Made by a program: the position numbers and the translations under genes. The notes beneath the pieces are model-generated. The model did not search any database. It worked only from the letters and a program-made list of their open reading frames with translations, and was not told where the DNA came from. Shown here piece by piece: positions 12,186 to 25,911 of a DNA stretch of 64,000 nt; the stretch's first letter is position 1, and each line of letters opens with the position of its first letter. The stretch is from Felis catus (lineage: Eukaryota), in assembly GCF_018350175.1 (NCBI RefSeq), contig NC_058368.1:89530001-89594000 (forward strand). Reading direction: 5' to 3'.

Positions 12186-15100
12186 TCATTAAATTCTCCA
12201 AGCAGGCTCTCACCTTGAAATGGGAGTCTTCTCCTCATAGAATCTTCAGATGCAACAAAAAGTCTGGGTGTGACTCCATGACTACTTTATAAGTGGAGAG
12301 GTTTTAATCCTAGTAAGAGCATCTCACAGTTTGGGAATTCTGCTGTTACTGTTGATCAGCATCAAAGAGCAGAGGGTTGGGTACCTGCAGAGAAAAAGAC
12401 CCTGAGGCCCTGTCAAGTAAAATTCTCATGTAAATACCAAGAGTATAATGAAGAAAGAATTGCCTGAAGAAATAAAAACAGAACACGCCCAAGACAGAGG
12501 ATAGTTTGTGAGGCTTTCTTCGCTTCTCATAAATTGAACATTATTCTCTGTTGATGGTGGGCGGGGGGGCACTTCTTCTAAGCGCTGTGGTTCCCGCAAG
12601 GTTACTGAGGCTAGCGGCTGGAGAGATCCAACGTGGAGAAGTAGGGAGACCCAAAGTTCCCTCTCCTCTCAAACACAGCAGTGTTGAGGACAGAGGACTT
12701 GGAATTCCAAGAGTCGGAGCTGCAGAGTGACAGAGACATCTCCAGAGGCCCACGGGAACAACCTCATCAGCTGTAGGTGCATGATGCGTGATTGCCAACT
12801 GGGAAAGATAAAATGGGCAGCATAGGCATGGAGGGGAGGGATCCCCTTTTGTGGAGAGACAAAAGGAAGAGAAAGAGAGGCTGTGGAAGTGTAGAATTGT
12901 ATTTGGATAAGAGAAAAACCAGGAATTGGAAAAAAATGGAGAAAGATACAATGTCTAACTGCAGGGCTTTCTCCAGATGGGGCCAGCTGCCTTGTTTGTG
13001 CACCTGGGGAGGAGGGGAGCCAGCCCTGGGCTAGGTAACTAGCTCATAAGTGCAGTCCAGTGTGGGAAAGCAATCCCCTCCCTCCAGTGCTGTGGGAAGA
13101 AGGTAAATAACCGTTCAAAGGACAAAGACTGCCTGTGCCCGCCAGCCAGAGGCCCTTTATTGGTGGGGTGGAGCAGCACTTTCCTGAACCAAGAAACGTG
13201 GAGGGGGATCCCTTAAGACATCAGGATTTGAATCCCAGCCAAGCACTAAGGAGGCATGGGAGTCGACAGAATGGGACAAACCGCCTCCTTTGTGCATGCC
13301 GGGCACTGTGAGGAGCCAAAGGCCCTTCATCATTGGGGGAGTGGCACGGCACTTCCCAGGAACCGGAGTGCATGGAGCAGGATCCTTTAAGACATCGGGG
13401 TTTGAATCCCAGAGGATTGCCAGGGAGACAATGGAGACTGGAGCAAAAAAAAAAACAAAAAACAAAACAAAAAACACGGCCCACTTGCGCCTGTGCAGCA
13501 CTGTGAGGATGGTCTGAACAGGGTTTGGGACACCCAGTCTGGGGAGAAGAGACTGGGGTGTTGGCATTTTTCTCGCCATCACCAACAAGGTGGGGCTTCA
13601 GGGAACAAACAAGGGGGCACAGTGGAGGCGGGACCCGCCTACACAAGACCACGCCCCTCCACAGCTGGTAACTGTGTATCTACCAGAGCCGGATTGACGC
13701 TGACCAAGCAGACAGCCCCTCCTCCAGACCAGCACTGCCACTGGTTCCAAGAAACCCAGAGGTTTTGCATTTTCTGATCTAATTCTTGGACAATTCTTAC
13801 TATATATTTTCTCCCTTTCTCCTTCTTATTTCTCCCTTTCTCTTGTCTGGTTATTCTGGCTATTGGTTTGTTTAAGCAGACATATTTAATCTATTCTTTT
13901 TACACCTGTTCTCCTTTATTTTCCTCTCTCTCTCTGGATTAAGCCATATAGTTTCTCTGCCTGGTCAATTTTCTTTTATTTTCTTTTTTCCAGCCCCTGT
14001 CATTTCTCTCTTTTTATGGGATAAGGCCTTTTCCACCACCACCAACCCCGATTTTTTTTAAATTTTTTTTTCCTAGGGTTACTTCAATGAACAAATCAAA
14101 AAACACCTGGTGGAGGGTCCAAACAATCACTACGAGTAGGGAGATAAAGCAACCAGAGTCACAACAACACAGAGCAAGTAACACACTCCAAAAAACACCT
14201 CCTGAAGGGCCAGGCCCTGGACAGTTTATGATGCCTCTTTAATATAGTAGTGTTCACAGGTGCAGGACACATAACAAGTTTTTAAAACATATAAGGGACA
14301 GAAAACAGGCCAAAATGATGAAATGAAAGAATTCTCCTCAAAAAAATTCCAGGAAGAAATGACAGCTAAAAATTGCTCAAAACAGATATAACCAGTATAA
14401 CTGAGCAAGAATTTGGATTAATAGTCATAAGATTAATATCTGGGCTTGAAAAAGGATAGAAGACAGAAGAGAAACTATTGCTGCAGAGAACAAGGAACTA
14501 AAATATAGTCATGATGAATAAATAAATATTGAAGTGAGGTGCAAAATAAACTAAATGTGTTGACAGCAAGGATTGAAGAGGCAGAGGGGAGAAAAGTGAA
14601 ATAGAAGATAAAATTATGGAAAAAGATGAAGCTGAAATAAAGAAAGATTTAAGAAATTCTAGACCACAAGAGGAGAATTAGAGAACTAAGTGATTTAATG
14701 AAACATAATAATATCCATATCATAGGAGTTCCAGAAGAGAGAGATTAAGGGAAACAGAAGATAAATTATCGAAAATTATGAAGCGGGGAAAAAGAGAAAT
14801 AAAAAACTAGTAGACCACAAGGGAGAATCAGAGATAATAATATCCATATCCTAGGAGTTTTGGAAGAAGAAGAAGAGAGAGAAAGGGACAGAAAGCATAC
14901 TTAAACAAATCATAGCTGAGAACTTCCCCAATCTGAAGAAAGAAGACATTGAAATCCAGGAGGCAGAGAACTCCCTTCAGATGTAACAGGAACCAATCTT
15001 CTCCATGGCATATCATAGTGAAAATGGCAAAATACAAAGATAAAGAGAGAATTCTGAAAGCAGCTAGGGACAAACGGGCCTTAACCTACAAGGGTAAACA

Positions 15101-16843
15101 CATAAGGGTAGTAGCAGACCCGTCAACTGAATTTGGCAGGCCAGAAGGGAGTGGCAGGAAATATTCAAGGTTCTGAATAGGAAAAATATGCAGCCAAGGA
15201 TCATTTATCCAGCAAGGCTGTCATTCAGAATATAAGGAGAGATAAAGTTTTCCTACACAAACAAAAACTGAAGGAGTTCATCAACCATTAAACAAGCCCT
15301 ACAAGAGATCCTAAGGTGGACTCTGTGAGTGGAATGTTGCAAAGACTACAAAGGACCAGAGACACACCACAAGCATGAAACCTACAGATAACACAATGAC
15401 ACTAAATCCATATTTTTCAATAAAACGCTAAATATAAATGGACTAAATGCTCCAAAAACACGTATCAAAATGGATAAAAAACAAAGCCCATCTATATGCT
15501 GTCTACAAGAGACCCATTTTAGGCCTGAAGCCACCTTCAGATTGAAAGTGAGGGGATGGATAACCATCTATCATGCTACTGGAAGTCAAAAGAAAGCTGG
15601 AGTAGCCATATTTATATCAGACAAACTAGATTTTAAACTAAAAACTGTAACAAGAGATGAAGAAGGGTATTATATAATAATTAGAGTCTATCCATCAAGA
15701 AGAGGTAACAGTGATAAATGTTTATGCACACAATTTGCAAGCACCCAAATATATACATCAATTAATCATGAATATAAGCAATCTTATTGATAAGAATATA
15801 GTAATTGCAGGTGATTTTAATACTCCACTTACAACAATGGACAGATCATTGAGGCAGAAAATCAATAAAGAAACAATGGCTGTGAATGATACACTGGACC
15901 AGATGGACTTGACAGATATATTCAGAACTTCTCATCCTAAAGAAGCAGAATACACATTCTTCTCAAGTGCACATGGAACATTCTCCAAGATAGATCACAT
16001 ACTGAGTCACAAAACAGCCCTCAATAAATATAAAAGAATTGAGATCATACCATGCAAATTTCCAGATCACAATGATATGAAACTGGAAATCAACCACAGG
16101 AAAAAGGTTGGAAAGCCTCAAATCCCTGGAGGTTAAAGAAAATCCTACTAAAGAATGAATGGGTCAACCAGTCAAAGAAGAAATTTTAAAAATATATGGA
16201 AGCAAATGAAAATTAAAACACAACAGTTGAAACCCTTTGGGATGCAGCAAAGCAGTCCTAAGAGGAAAATACATTGCAGTCCAGGCCTATCTCAAGAAAC
16301 AATAAAAATCCCAAATACAAAATCTAACAGCACACCTAAAGGGCCTATGAGCAGAATAGGAAAGAAACCCCAAGGCCAGCAGAAGAAGAAAAATAATAAA
16401 GAGCAGAGCAGAAGTAAACAATATAGAATCCAAAACAACAGTAGAACAGTTCAGTGAAACTAAGAGCTGGTTTTTTGAAAAAATAAACCAAGTTGATAAA
16501 CCCCTAGCCAGACTTCTCAAAAAGAGAGAGAACCTAAATAGATAAAATCACAAATGATATTAGACATATCACAACCAACCCATCAGAAATACAAACAATT
16601 ATCAGAGAATATTATGAAAAATTATATGCCAACAAACTGGCAAATGGACAAACCAGAAGAAATGGACAAATTCCTAGACACACACACACACACACACACA
16701 CTACCAAAACTCAAACAGAAAGAAATAGAAAAATTTGAACAGACACATAACTAGTAAAGAAATTGAATCAGTTATCAAAAATCTCCCAAGAAATAAGAGT
16801 CCTGGTCCAGATGGATTCCCAGGGGAATTCTACCAGATATTTA

Positions 16844-19800
16844 TTTATTTATTTATTTATTTTTAAATTTACATCCAAATTAGGTAGCATATAGTGAACA
16901 ATGATTTCAGAGTAGATTCCTTAGTGCCACTTATCCCTTTTACCCCATCCAGCCTCCCAAAAACCCTCCAGTAACCCTCAGTTTCTTCTCTCAGTTGCCT
17001 TTTAGTTTTGCTGATTGTTTCCTTTGCTGTGAAGAAGCTTTCTATTTTGATGAGGTCCCAATAGTTCATTTTTGCTTTGGTCTCCCTTGCCTCCGGAGAC
17101 ATGTTAAGAAGTTGTTGTGGCCAAGGTCAAAGAGGTTTTTGCCTGCTTTCTCCTCGAGGATTTTGATGGCTTCCTGTCTTACATTGATGTCTTTCATCTA
17201 TTTTGAGGGTTTTTTTGTGTATGGTGTAAGAAAGTGGTCCAGGTTCATTCTTCTGCATGTCGCTGTCCAGTTTTCCCAGCACCATTTGCTGAAAACACTG
17301 TCTTTATTCCATTGGATATTCGTTCCTGCTTTGTCAAAGATTAGTTGGCCATACATTTGTGGGTCCATTTTTGGGTTATCTATTCTGTTCCATTGATCTG
17401 TCTGTTCTTGTGCCAGTACCATACTGTCTTGGTGATTACAGCTTTGCAATACAGTTTGAAGTCCGGGATTATGATGTCTCCTGCTTTGGTTTTCTTTTTC
17501 AAGATTGCTTTGTCTATTCTGGGTCTTTTCTGGTTCCATACAAATTTTAGGATTGTTTGTCCTAGCTCTGTGAAGAATACTGGTGTTACTTTGATAGGGA
17601 TTGCATTGAATATGTAGATTGCTTTGGGTAGTATCGACATTTTAACAATATTTGTTCTTCCTATCCAGGAGCATGGAATCTTTTTCCGTTTTTTTGTGTC
17701 TTCTTCAATTTCCTTCATAACCTTTCTATAGTTTTCAGTGTATAGATTTTTCACCTCTTTGGTTAGATTTATTCTTAGGTATTTTATAGTTTTTGGTGCA
17801 ACTGTAAGTGGGATTGATTCTTTCATTTGTTTCTGTGGCTTCATTGTTGGTGTATAGGAATGCAACTGATTTCTGTGTGTTGATTTTATATCCTGCAACC
17901 TTGCTGAATTCATGAATCAGTTCTAGAAGTTTTTTGGTGGAATCTTTTGGGTATTCCATATAGAGTATCATGTTATCTGAGAAGAGTGAAGTTTGACCTC
18001 CTCCTGGCTGTTTTGGATGCCTTTTATTTCTTTGTGTTGTCTGATTGCAGAGGCTAAGACTTCCAATACTATGTTGAATAACAGTGGCGAGAGTAGACAT
18101 CCCTGTCTTGTTCCTCACCTTAGGGGGAAAGCTCTCAGTTTTTCCCCATTGAGGATGATATTAGCGTTGGGTCGTCCATATATGGCTTTTATGATCTCGA
18201 GGTATGCTCCTTCTATCTCTACTTTCTTGAGGGTTTTTATCAAGAAAGGATGCTGTATTTTGTCAAATGCTTTCTCTGCATCTCTTGAGAGGATTATATG
18301 GTTCTTGTCCTTTCTTTTACTGATGTGATGAATCACATTGATTGCTTTCTGGGTACTGAACCAGCCCTGCATCCCAGGTATAAATCCCACTTGGTCGTGG
18401 TGAATAATGTTTCAAATGTAGTATTGGAGCCGGTTGGCTAATATCTTGTTGAGGATTTTTGCATCCATGTTCATCAGGGAAATTGATCTATTGTTCTCCT
18501 TTTTAGTGGGGTCTCTGGTTTTGGAATGAAGGTAATGCTGGCTTCATAGAAAGAGTTTGGAAGTTTTCCTTCCATTTCTATTTTTTGGAACAGTTTCAAG
18601 AGAATAGGTGTTAACTCTTCCTTAAATGTTTGGTAGAATTCCCCCAGAAAGCCATCTGGCCCTTCGGCTCTTGTTTTTTTGGCAGACTTTTGATTACTAA
18701 TTAAATTTCCTTACTGGTCTGTTCAAAATTTTCTATTTCTTCCTGTTGCAGTTTTGGTAGTGTATATGTTTCTAGGAATTTGTTCATTTCTTCCACATTG
18801 CCCATTTTATTGGCATATAATTGCTCTTAATATCCTCTTATTATTGTTTTTATTTCTGCTGTGTTGGTTGTGATCTCTCCTCTTTCATTTTTGATTTTAT
18901 GTATTTGCATCCTTTCCTTTTTCTTTTTGATCAGACTGGCTAGTGGTTTATCAATGTTGTTCATTCTTTCAAAGAACCAGCTTCTGGTTTCATTGGTCTG
19001 TTCTACTGGGGTTTTTGTTTGTTTGTTTTGGTAGCATTAATTTCTGCTCTAGTCTTTACTATTTCCTGTCTTCTGCTGGTTTTGGGTTTTATTCGCTGTT
19101 CTTTTTCCAGCTCCTTAAGGTGTAAGGTTAGGTTGTGTATCTGAGATCTTTCTTCCTTCTTTAGGAAGGCCTGGATTGCTATATACTTTCCTCTTATGAC
19201 CGCATTTGCTGCATCCCAGTGGTTTTGGGTTGTGGTGTTATCATTTTCAGTGTCTTCCATATACTTTTTAATTTCCTCTTTAACTGCTTGGTTAGCCCAT
19301 TCATTCTTTAGTAGGATGTTCTTCAGTCTCCAAGTATTTTTTACCTTTCTAAATTTTTTCTTGTGGTTGATTTCGAGTTTCATAACATTGTGGTCTCAAA
19401 ATATGCACGGTATGATCTCAATCTTTTTGTACTTACTTAGGGCTGATTTGGGTCCCAGGATATGGTCTATTCTGGAGAACATTCCATGTGCACTGGAGAA
19501 GAATGTGTATCCTGCTGCTTTAGGTCAAAATGTTCTGAATATATCTGGTTAAGTCCATCTGGTCCAGTGTGACATTCAAAGCATTGTTTCCTTGTTGATT
19601 TTTTGATTAGATGATCTGTCCATTGCTGTGAGTGGGGTGTTGAAGTCTCCTACTATTATGGTATTACTATCGATGAGTTTCTTTATGTTTGTGATTAATT
19701 TATTTATATATGTGGGTACTGTCACATTTGGCACATAAATGTTTACAATTGTTAGGTCTTCTTGGTGGATAGACCCCTTGATTATGATATAATGCCCTTC

Positions 19801-22800
19801 TGCATCTATTGATACAGTCTTTAAAGTCTAGATTGTCTGTTATAACTATGGCTACTCCGGTTTTCTTTTGTTGACCATTAGCATGGTAGATAAGGATCCC
19901 CGTATTTTCAATCTGAATCTTTAGGTCTAAAGTGGGTCTCTTGTAAACAGCATATAGATGGATCTTGTTTTCTTATCCATTCTGTTGCCCTATATCTTTT
20001 GATTGGAGCATTGAGTCCATTGACATTTAGAGTGACTACTGAAAGATATGAATTTATTGCCATTATGATGCTTGTACAGTTGGAGTTTGTGGTGGTGTTC
20101 TCTGGCCTTTACTAATCTTTGTTTCTTTTGGTATTTGTTTGTTTGTTTATATTTTCATCTTTTCTCCCCTCAGAAAGTCCCCCTTAAAATTTCTTGCAGG
20201 GCTGCTTTAGTAATCAGAGACTCCTTTAGTTTTTGTTTGTCTAGGAAATTTTTACCTCTCCTATTTTGAATGACAGCCTTGCTGGATAAAGCATTCTTGG
20301 CTGCATATTTTTCTGATTCAGCACATTGAATATATCCTGCCACTCATTTCTGGCCTCCCAAGTTTCCGTGGATAGTTCTACTACAAACCTGATCTGTCTT
20401 CCCTTGTAGGTTAGGGACTTTTTTTTTCCCTTGTTGCTTTCATGATTCTCTCCTTGCCTGAGTATTTTGTGAATTTGACTATGATAAACCTTGTTGATAG
20501 TCAGTTTTTGTTTAATCTAAAGGGGGTCCTCTGAGCTTCCTGGATTTTGATGTCTGTGTCTTTCCCCAGGTTAGGAAAGTGTTCCACTATTTTTTGCTCA
20601 CATAACCCTTCTACCCCCATTTCTCTCTCTTCCTCTTCTGGGACCCCTATGATTCTGATGTTGTTCCTTTTTAATGAGTCACTGATGTCTCTAATTCTTA
20701 AATTGTGCTCTTTTGCCTTAATCTCCCTCTTTTTTTCTGCTTCATTATTCTCTGTGTCTTCTATCTCACTGATTCTCTGTTCTGCCTCATCCATCCTTGC
20801 TGCTGCAGCATCCACCCATGATTGCAGCTGTTATAGCATTTTTTATTTCATTCTGACTAGTTTTTACTTCATTTATCTCTGCAGAAAGGGATTCTAATCT
20901 ATTTTCGACCCCAGCTAGTATTCTTATTATCATGATTCTAAATTCTGGTTCAGATATCTTGCTTGTATCTGTGTTGGTTAAATCCCTGGCTGTCGTTCCT
21001 TTGTGCTCTTTCTTTTGGGGTGAATTCCTTCATTTTGTCATTTTGAAGGGAGAAAAGGAATTAATGAGGTAGAAAAATTGAAATAAAAAAATTAAAATTA
21101 AAAAAATATTAAAATTAAACACACACACACACACACACACAAAATTGAATAAATGATGCTAGATCCTATGTGTGTTTTAGTCTAGGTGTTGAAAGTGGTT
21201 TGACAGATTAGAGGGAAAAAAAGAGGGAAAGGAAAAAAAGGAAATCATTTGAGAATTTGAAAAAATGAATACACTGAAATAGATTAAAATGAGATGATAG
21301 GAGTAAAATAGAATTTGAAAAAATTTACACAAATGTAAAGAATATAGTAGAAAAATTAAAGAAAAATATTTTTAATAAAAATTTTAAAAAATGAATTTTT
21401 CTCTTTCTGTATTCAAGAAAAAGAAATGAAAAAGAAAAAAGAGAAAAAATAAAAAGGAAATCGTTCGAAAATTTTAAAAAGTGAGTACTCTGTAGTAGAC
21501 TAAAATAAAATGATGGAAGTAAAATAAAATTTGAAAAGTTATACATAAAAGTAAAAAATATAGTAAAAAATTAAAGAAAAATATTTTAATAGAAATTGAA
21601 AGTAAAAATGAAGTTTTTCTCTTTCTGACTCAAGAAAAAAAAGAAAAAAGAAAAAATGTAAAAAAAAAAGGAAATCGTTTGAAAATTTGAAAAAATGAAT
21701 ACACTGAAGTAGACTAAAATAAAATGATGGAAGTAAAATAGAATTAGAAAAAATTTACACAAAAGTAAAAAATATAGTAAATAAGTTAAAAATATTTTTA
21801 ATAAAAATTGAAAATAAAAATAAAATTTTCTTTTTCTGTATTCAAGAAAAAGAAAACAAGTGAAAAAGAAAAAAAAAGAAAGAATTGAATACATGGACCT
21901 GCTAACAGATTAAAATAGGACCGAAATTACTTTGTTTTCCCTAGAAGTCAGACTATGAAGCACTTTATAGTCCTTAAACTAAGCAAGCAGTGAGACTTGT
22001 GTTCTTGAAGATCGAGATTGGCCCATTTGGGCAGGGCTCAGTGTAACGGCTCCGTTCTCCACTAGATGGCTCTGCTAGCCTACTGGGGTGGAGTGTTGTG
22101 GCATTCCTAGGTGGGAAAGCACATGCGTGGAAGCAGTGAAAATGGCACCACCCAGCTACCCAGTCTCTAGTACTGGAACTCTGCTCTCCCCGCTCAGCAA
22201 TTGCACACCCTTCCTTTGTCTTCAGCTTTCATCCACTCCCCGGTTTTTGTGAAAAAAAGCCCCAGGTAGTTCCTGTCTCCCAAGTTTTGTCTCAGATGCA
22301 GCTGTGTTCCCCGGCCCCTTACTTCTGAAGGACTGCGGCTTTGACCTGTCCCGCCCCTCTGTGGGAGGGTCTCACCAAGCAAAGGCCTAATGTTAGCTGC
22401 AACCAGGAATGCTTGCTGGACCCTGTTGCTGCCAGTACCTGAGACTACAGCCAGGTGCCAGCCTGCCCCAGAAAAAGTTTGTGATAGTGTAGCAGCAGCT
22501 TTCAGGGATTATGAAAAATCACAACACACATCTGGCACCAGGCTTCACCCTTAACAACCTTTTTCCAGCACCAGCAAATGTGGCCATTCTCTGGGATCTG
22601 TTGGGATCAGGTGGCTTCAACAGTCTCTACCAAATGTCCTTCCAGCAGTGTAACCACTTGTCCCTGTGTGGCCCAATAACCTCCCAGACCCCACTCTGCT
22701 CCTGGGGATTCACCCTTCCCACCAGAGCACCGCCAGGTATCAAGCTGCAGAGTTGCAGCCTTTGTGCTCCCCTTGTTTACAGTCTTAATGGAATTTAAAC

Positions 22801-23176
22801 CCTTTCTTTTCTCCTTTCTCCTTTTTCCCTTTTTAGTTTAGTCCCTGCAGCTGTTTCCAATTTTCCACTTTCTCTCCAGCTGTTTTTGGGGAGGGGTGCT
22901 TTTCCAGTATTTTCTCTCCCCCCCCCCCAGTCTCTGTCCTCTCTCCACCTGCAAATGCACCTCCCTGCCTGCCGTGGCTTCTCACTCCCCAAGTTCACCT
23001 CTCCATGCTGCATACCTGCTGAATTCTGTGGTTCAGGTTGTGCAGATTGTTGTGTTAATCCTCCAATCAGTTTTCTAGGTGTGCAGGATGGTTTAGTGTT
23101 GGTCTGGTTGTATTTCATGGATGCGAGACACACAAAAAACTTCCATGCTGTTCCGCCATCCTGGCTCCTCCTCATC
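16844..23176 (-). mobile_element. Near full-length antisense LINE-1 with both termini, nested in the previous L1
   Basis: 5' end gaggaggagccaggatggcggaacagcatgg (minus strand); ORF1 ATG about 21041, ORF2 ATG about 20063; A-rich tail at 16844-16865; 15-bp TSD tctaccagatattta at 16829-16843 and 23177-23191. Confidence 0.95.
21241..21885. repeat. Three-copy tandem repeat of about 215 bp in the L1 5'UTR
   Basis: Units beginning gaaatc(a/g)tt at 21241, 21457 and 21671. Confidence 0.85.
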
Positions 23177-25039
23177 TCTACCAGATATTTAAAGCAGAGT
23201 TAATACCTATCCTTCTCTAGCTGTTCTGAAAAAATAGAAATGGAAAGAAAGCTTCAGAACTCATTCTACGAAGCCAGCATTACCTTGATTCCCAAACCAG
23301 ACAGAGACCCTACAAAAAAAGGAGAATTACATGCCAATATCCCTGATGAACATGGATGCAAAAATTTTCAACAAGACACTAGCAAATTGAATTCAACAGC
23401 ACATAAAAAGAATTATTCACCATGATCAAGTGGCATTCATTCCTGGGATGCAGGGTTCAATATTTGCAAATCAATCAGTGTGATACATCACATTAATAAA
23501 AGAAAGGATAAGAACCATATGATCCTGCCAATAGATGCAGAAAAAGCATTTGACAAAATACAGCATTCTTTCTTAATAAAAACCCTCAAGAAAGTTGGGA
23601 CAGTAAAAACATACCTAAACATCATAAAAGCCATATATGAAAAGCCCACAGCTAGTATCATCCTCAATGGGGAAAAACTGAGAGCTTTCCTCCTGAGATC
23701 AGGAACACAACAGGCATGTCCACTCTCACCACTATTGTTTAACAGTGTTGAAAGTCCTAGTATCAGCAATCAAACAATAAAATGAAATAAAAGACATCAA
23801 AATTGGCAAAGAAGAAATCAAGTTTTCACTTTTTGCAGATGACGACATGATACTCTACATGGAAAACCTGAAAGACTCCACCAAAAGTCTGCTAGAACTG
23901 ATACATGAATTCAGCAAAGTTTCAGGACACAAAATTAATGTACAGAAATCGGTTGCATTTCTGTACACCAATAATGAAGCAACACAAAGAGAAATCAAGA
24001 AATCAAACCATTTACAATTGTACCAAGAACCATATTCCCTGCTGACGTATAATATTTAGATAACTACACCCAACAAAAAATGTTTATATCCACACTCTTC
24101 TGTATGTCTGGGATATTAGTTAGCATATTGATAGCCCAAAACAAGAGAAACAAGGGAAAAATAAAAACCGATGCTTTGATTTGATCTCTGCTAGGTGGCA
24201 GTTGCTGGGACTGGTGGTAATGACCTGGAATATATTCAGTAAATATGTTGGGCAAATAGAAAATTCTTTTTTCCCTTGGGAAACATATTATACCCATCAT
24301 CCAGAATATTTTGTAATCTAAAAGAATATTTTGGCTCTGGGTTCTCCTAAAATTTTTAATTAACATATTAGCTAAGGTCCACATAATCCCATTTGTGGAG
24401 TTCTTTGTTAAGCATGAATTAATAAGATATTAGTATAGATCATAAGCATCAATGAGTTACCGCAAAACCAAAACTATGTAGCATAGAAAAAATTCTGAAT
24501 ATCACATCACTTAAAATCATTTTCTTGGCGATATTGTTAAAAAGGAAGTAAAAAACTAAGAAATAACAAAATACCTAAAATAGAATCAGTAATTGTCAGA
24601 GATAATTAATACAAACTTCTACTTCTGGCCATGATAGAGTAGTTTTAGAAGAGCCATACTGGAACCCAGTAAAGCTAAAAATAAAGCAAAACAAAACAAA
24701 TCTTTGAAAAAACTGTTAATGACCAGTATTTGAAAAACCAAGATCATAGAGTAGAAAGAACTGCATGGTAATGGTCTAATAACTTATGAGAAACTTTTCC
24801 CCATGGGAATTATTCTAAACATTGGCATGAGACAAAAACTATGGATGTATTGAAAACCTCTTTTAATGAGTAGAAAAGCCAGGAGAGCTTTTGGTGACCT
24901 CATAGGACCAAAGAGACAAAATTGGAGGTCAAGCTCCTAAGACAGCCAGGATTTGAGTGACAGGAATTCCAAAACGTAGGATGACCCTGAAAAGTAATCC
25001 ATATTTACCCTAAGGAATTAATCAGTTCTTGCAATGTTT

Positions 25040-25265
25040 TTTGTTTTGTTTTTTTTATTTTTTTCTTAATGTTTATTTTTGAGAAAGAGAGAGAGAGAGA
25101 GAGCATGCACAAGTGGGACAAGGGTAGAGAGAGAGGGAGACACAGAATCTGAAGCAGCTTCCAGGCTCTGAGCTGTCAACATAGAGCCCAACTCAGGGCT
25201 CGGACTCATGAACCACGAGATCATGACCTGAGCCAAAGTCGGACACTTAACTGACTGAGCCACAG
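25040..25265 (-). mobile_element. CanSINE
   Basis: Reverse SINE; TSD tcagttcttgcaatgttt on both sides. Confidence 0.9.
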
Positions 25266-25911
25266 TCAGTTCTTGCAATGTTTAAGGAAAGAGACTAAGA
25301 AGCTAAGTAGAAAGTAGCCAAATGATTGAGAATAACGTTTGCCATTTCTATGGTACCTCAGGAATCAAATTTTTAGTTCAGTATTTATTAAAGAGAAGGG
25401 GCTTACTTTAAGAGTCTAGTATTTTATTTGTCTCTTTTTTTATTTGTACATTTGTTTTGTTTCTTAAATTCCACATAAGACTGACTTATTTCACTTATAC
25501 TACCTAGGTCCATCCATGTTGTTACGAACTCTTAGTTTCAAACCTAGGAATGGGAAAACCCAGTTCATCTGGTATTAACTAGCTTACCCAAAGCATATTG
25601 AACTATGATGGTCAAAGAAAATTAACACTAATTTTTGGGAAATAAAATAAATCATATTCTGTGCATTTGCAAAATATCTTATTTTGATTGCTATAACCTT
25701 AAACAACTTAGTTATCCCAAATGATTCAATGAATAAATTTCTCTGATTTTACCTTACTTAGAGTTCTTAAAAATAATTGGCCTTAGAAAGCCCTTTAACT
25801 GTACTACATACTAAAACAAAATGTACAGAAAACCTATTTGGAAAACCTATTCATAAAATATAAATTAAAAAGTGTGTCCTATTTTTTAAAAAGATAAAAA
25901 TTATATTAAAT

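Larger units (their letters stand above)
12620..24033 (+). mobile_element. LINE-1 (5'UTR, ORF1 from about 14314, ORF2 from about 15395), split by an antisense L1 at 16844-23176 and 3'-truncated inside RT
   Basis: ORF-track fragments: ORF1 HIIVKMAKYKDKERILKAAR; endonuclease [38 protein letters not shown] and FADD region at 23.5-23.9 kb. Many stops and frameshifts. Confidence 0.92.

Noticed and set aside
21241..21885. CRISPR-like array
   Set aside because: Eukaryotic context; long diverged tandem units without unique spacers.
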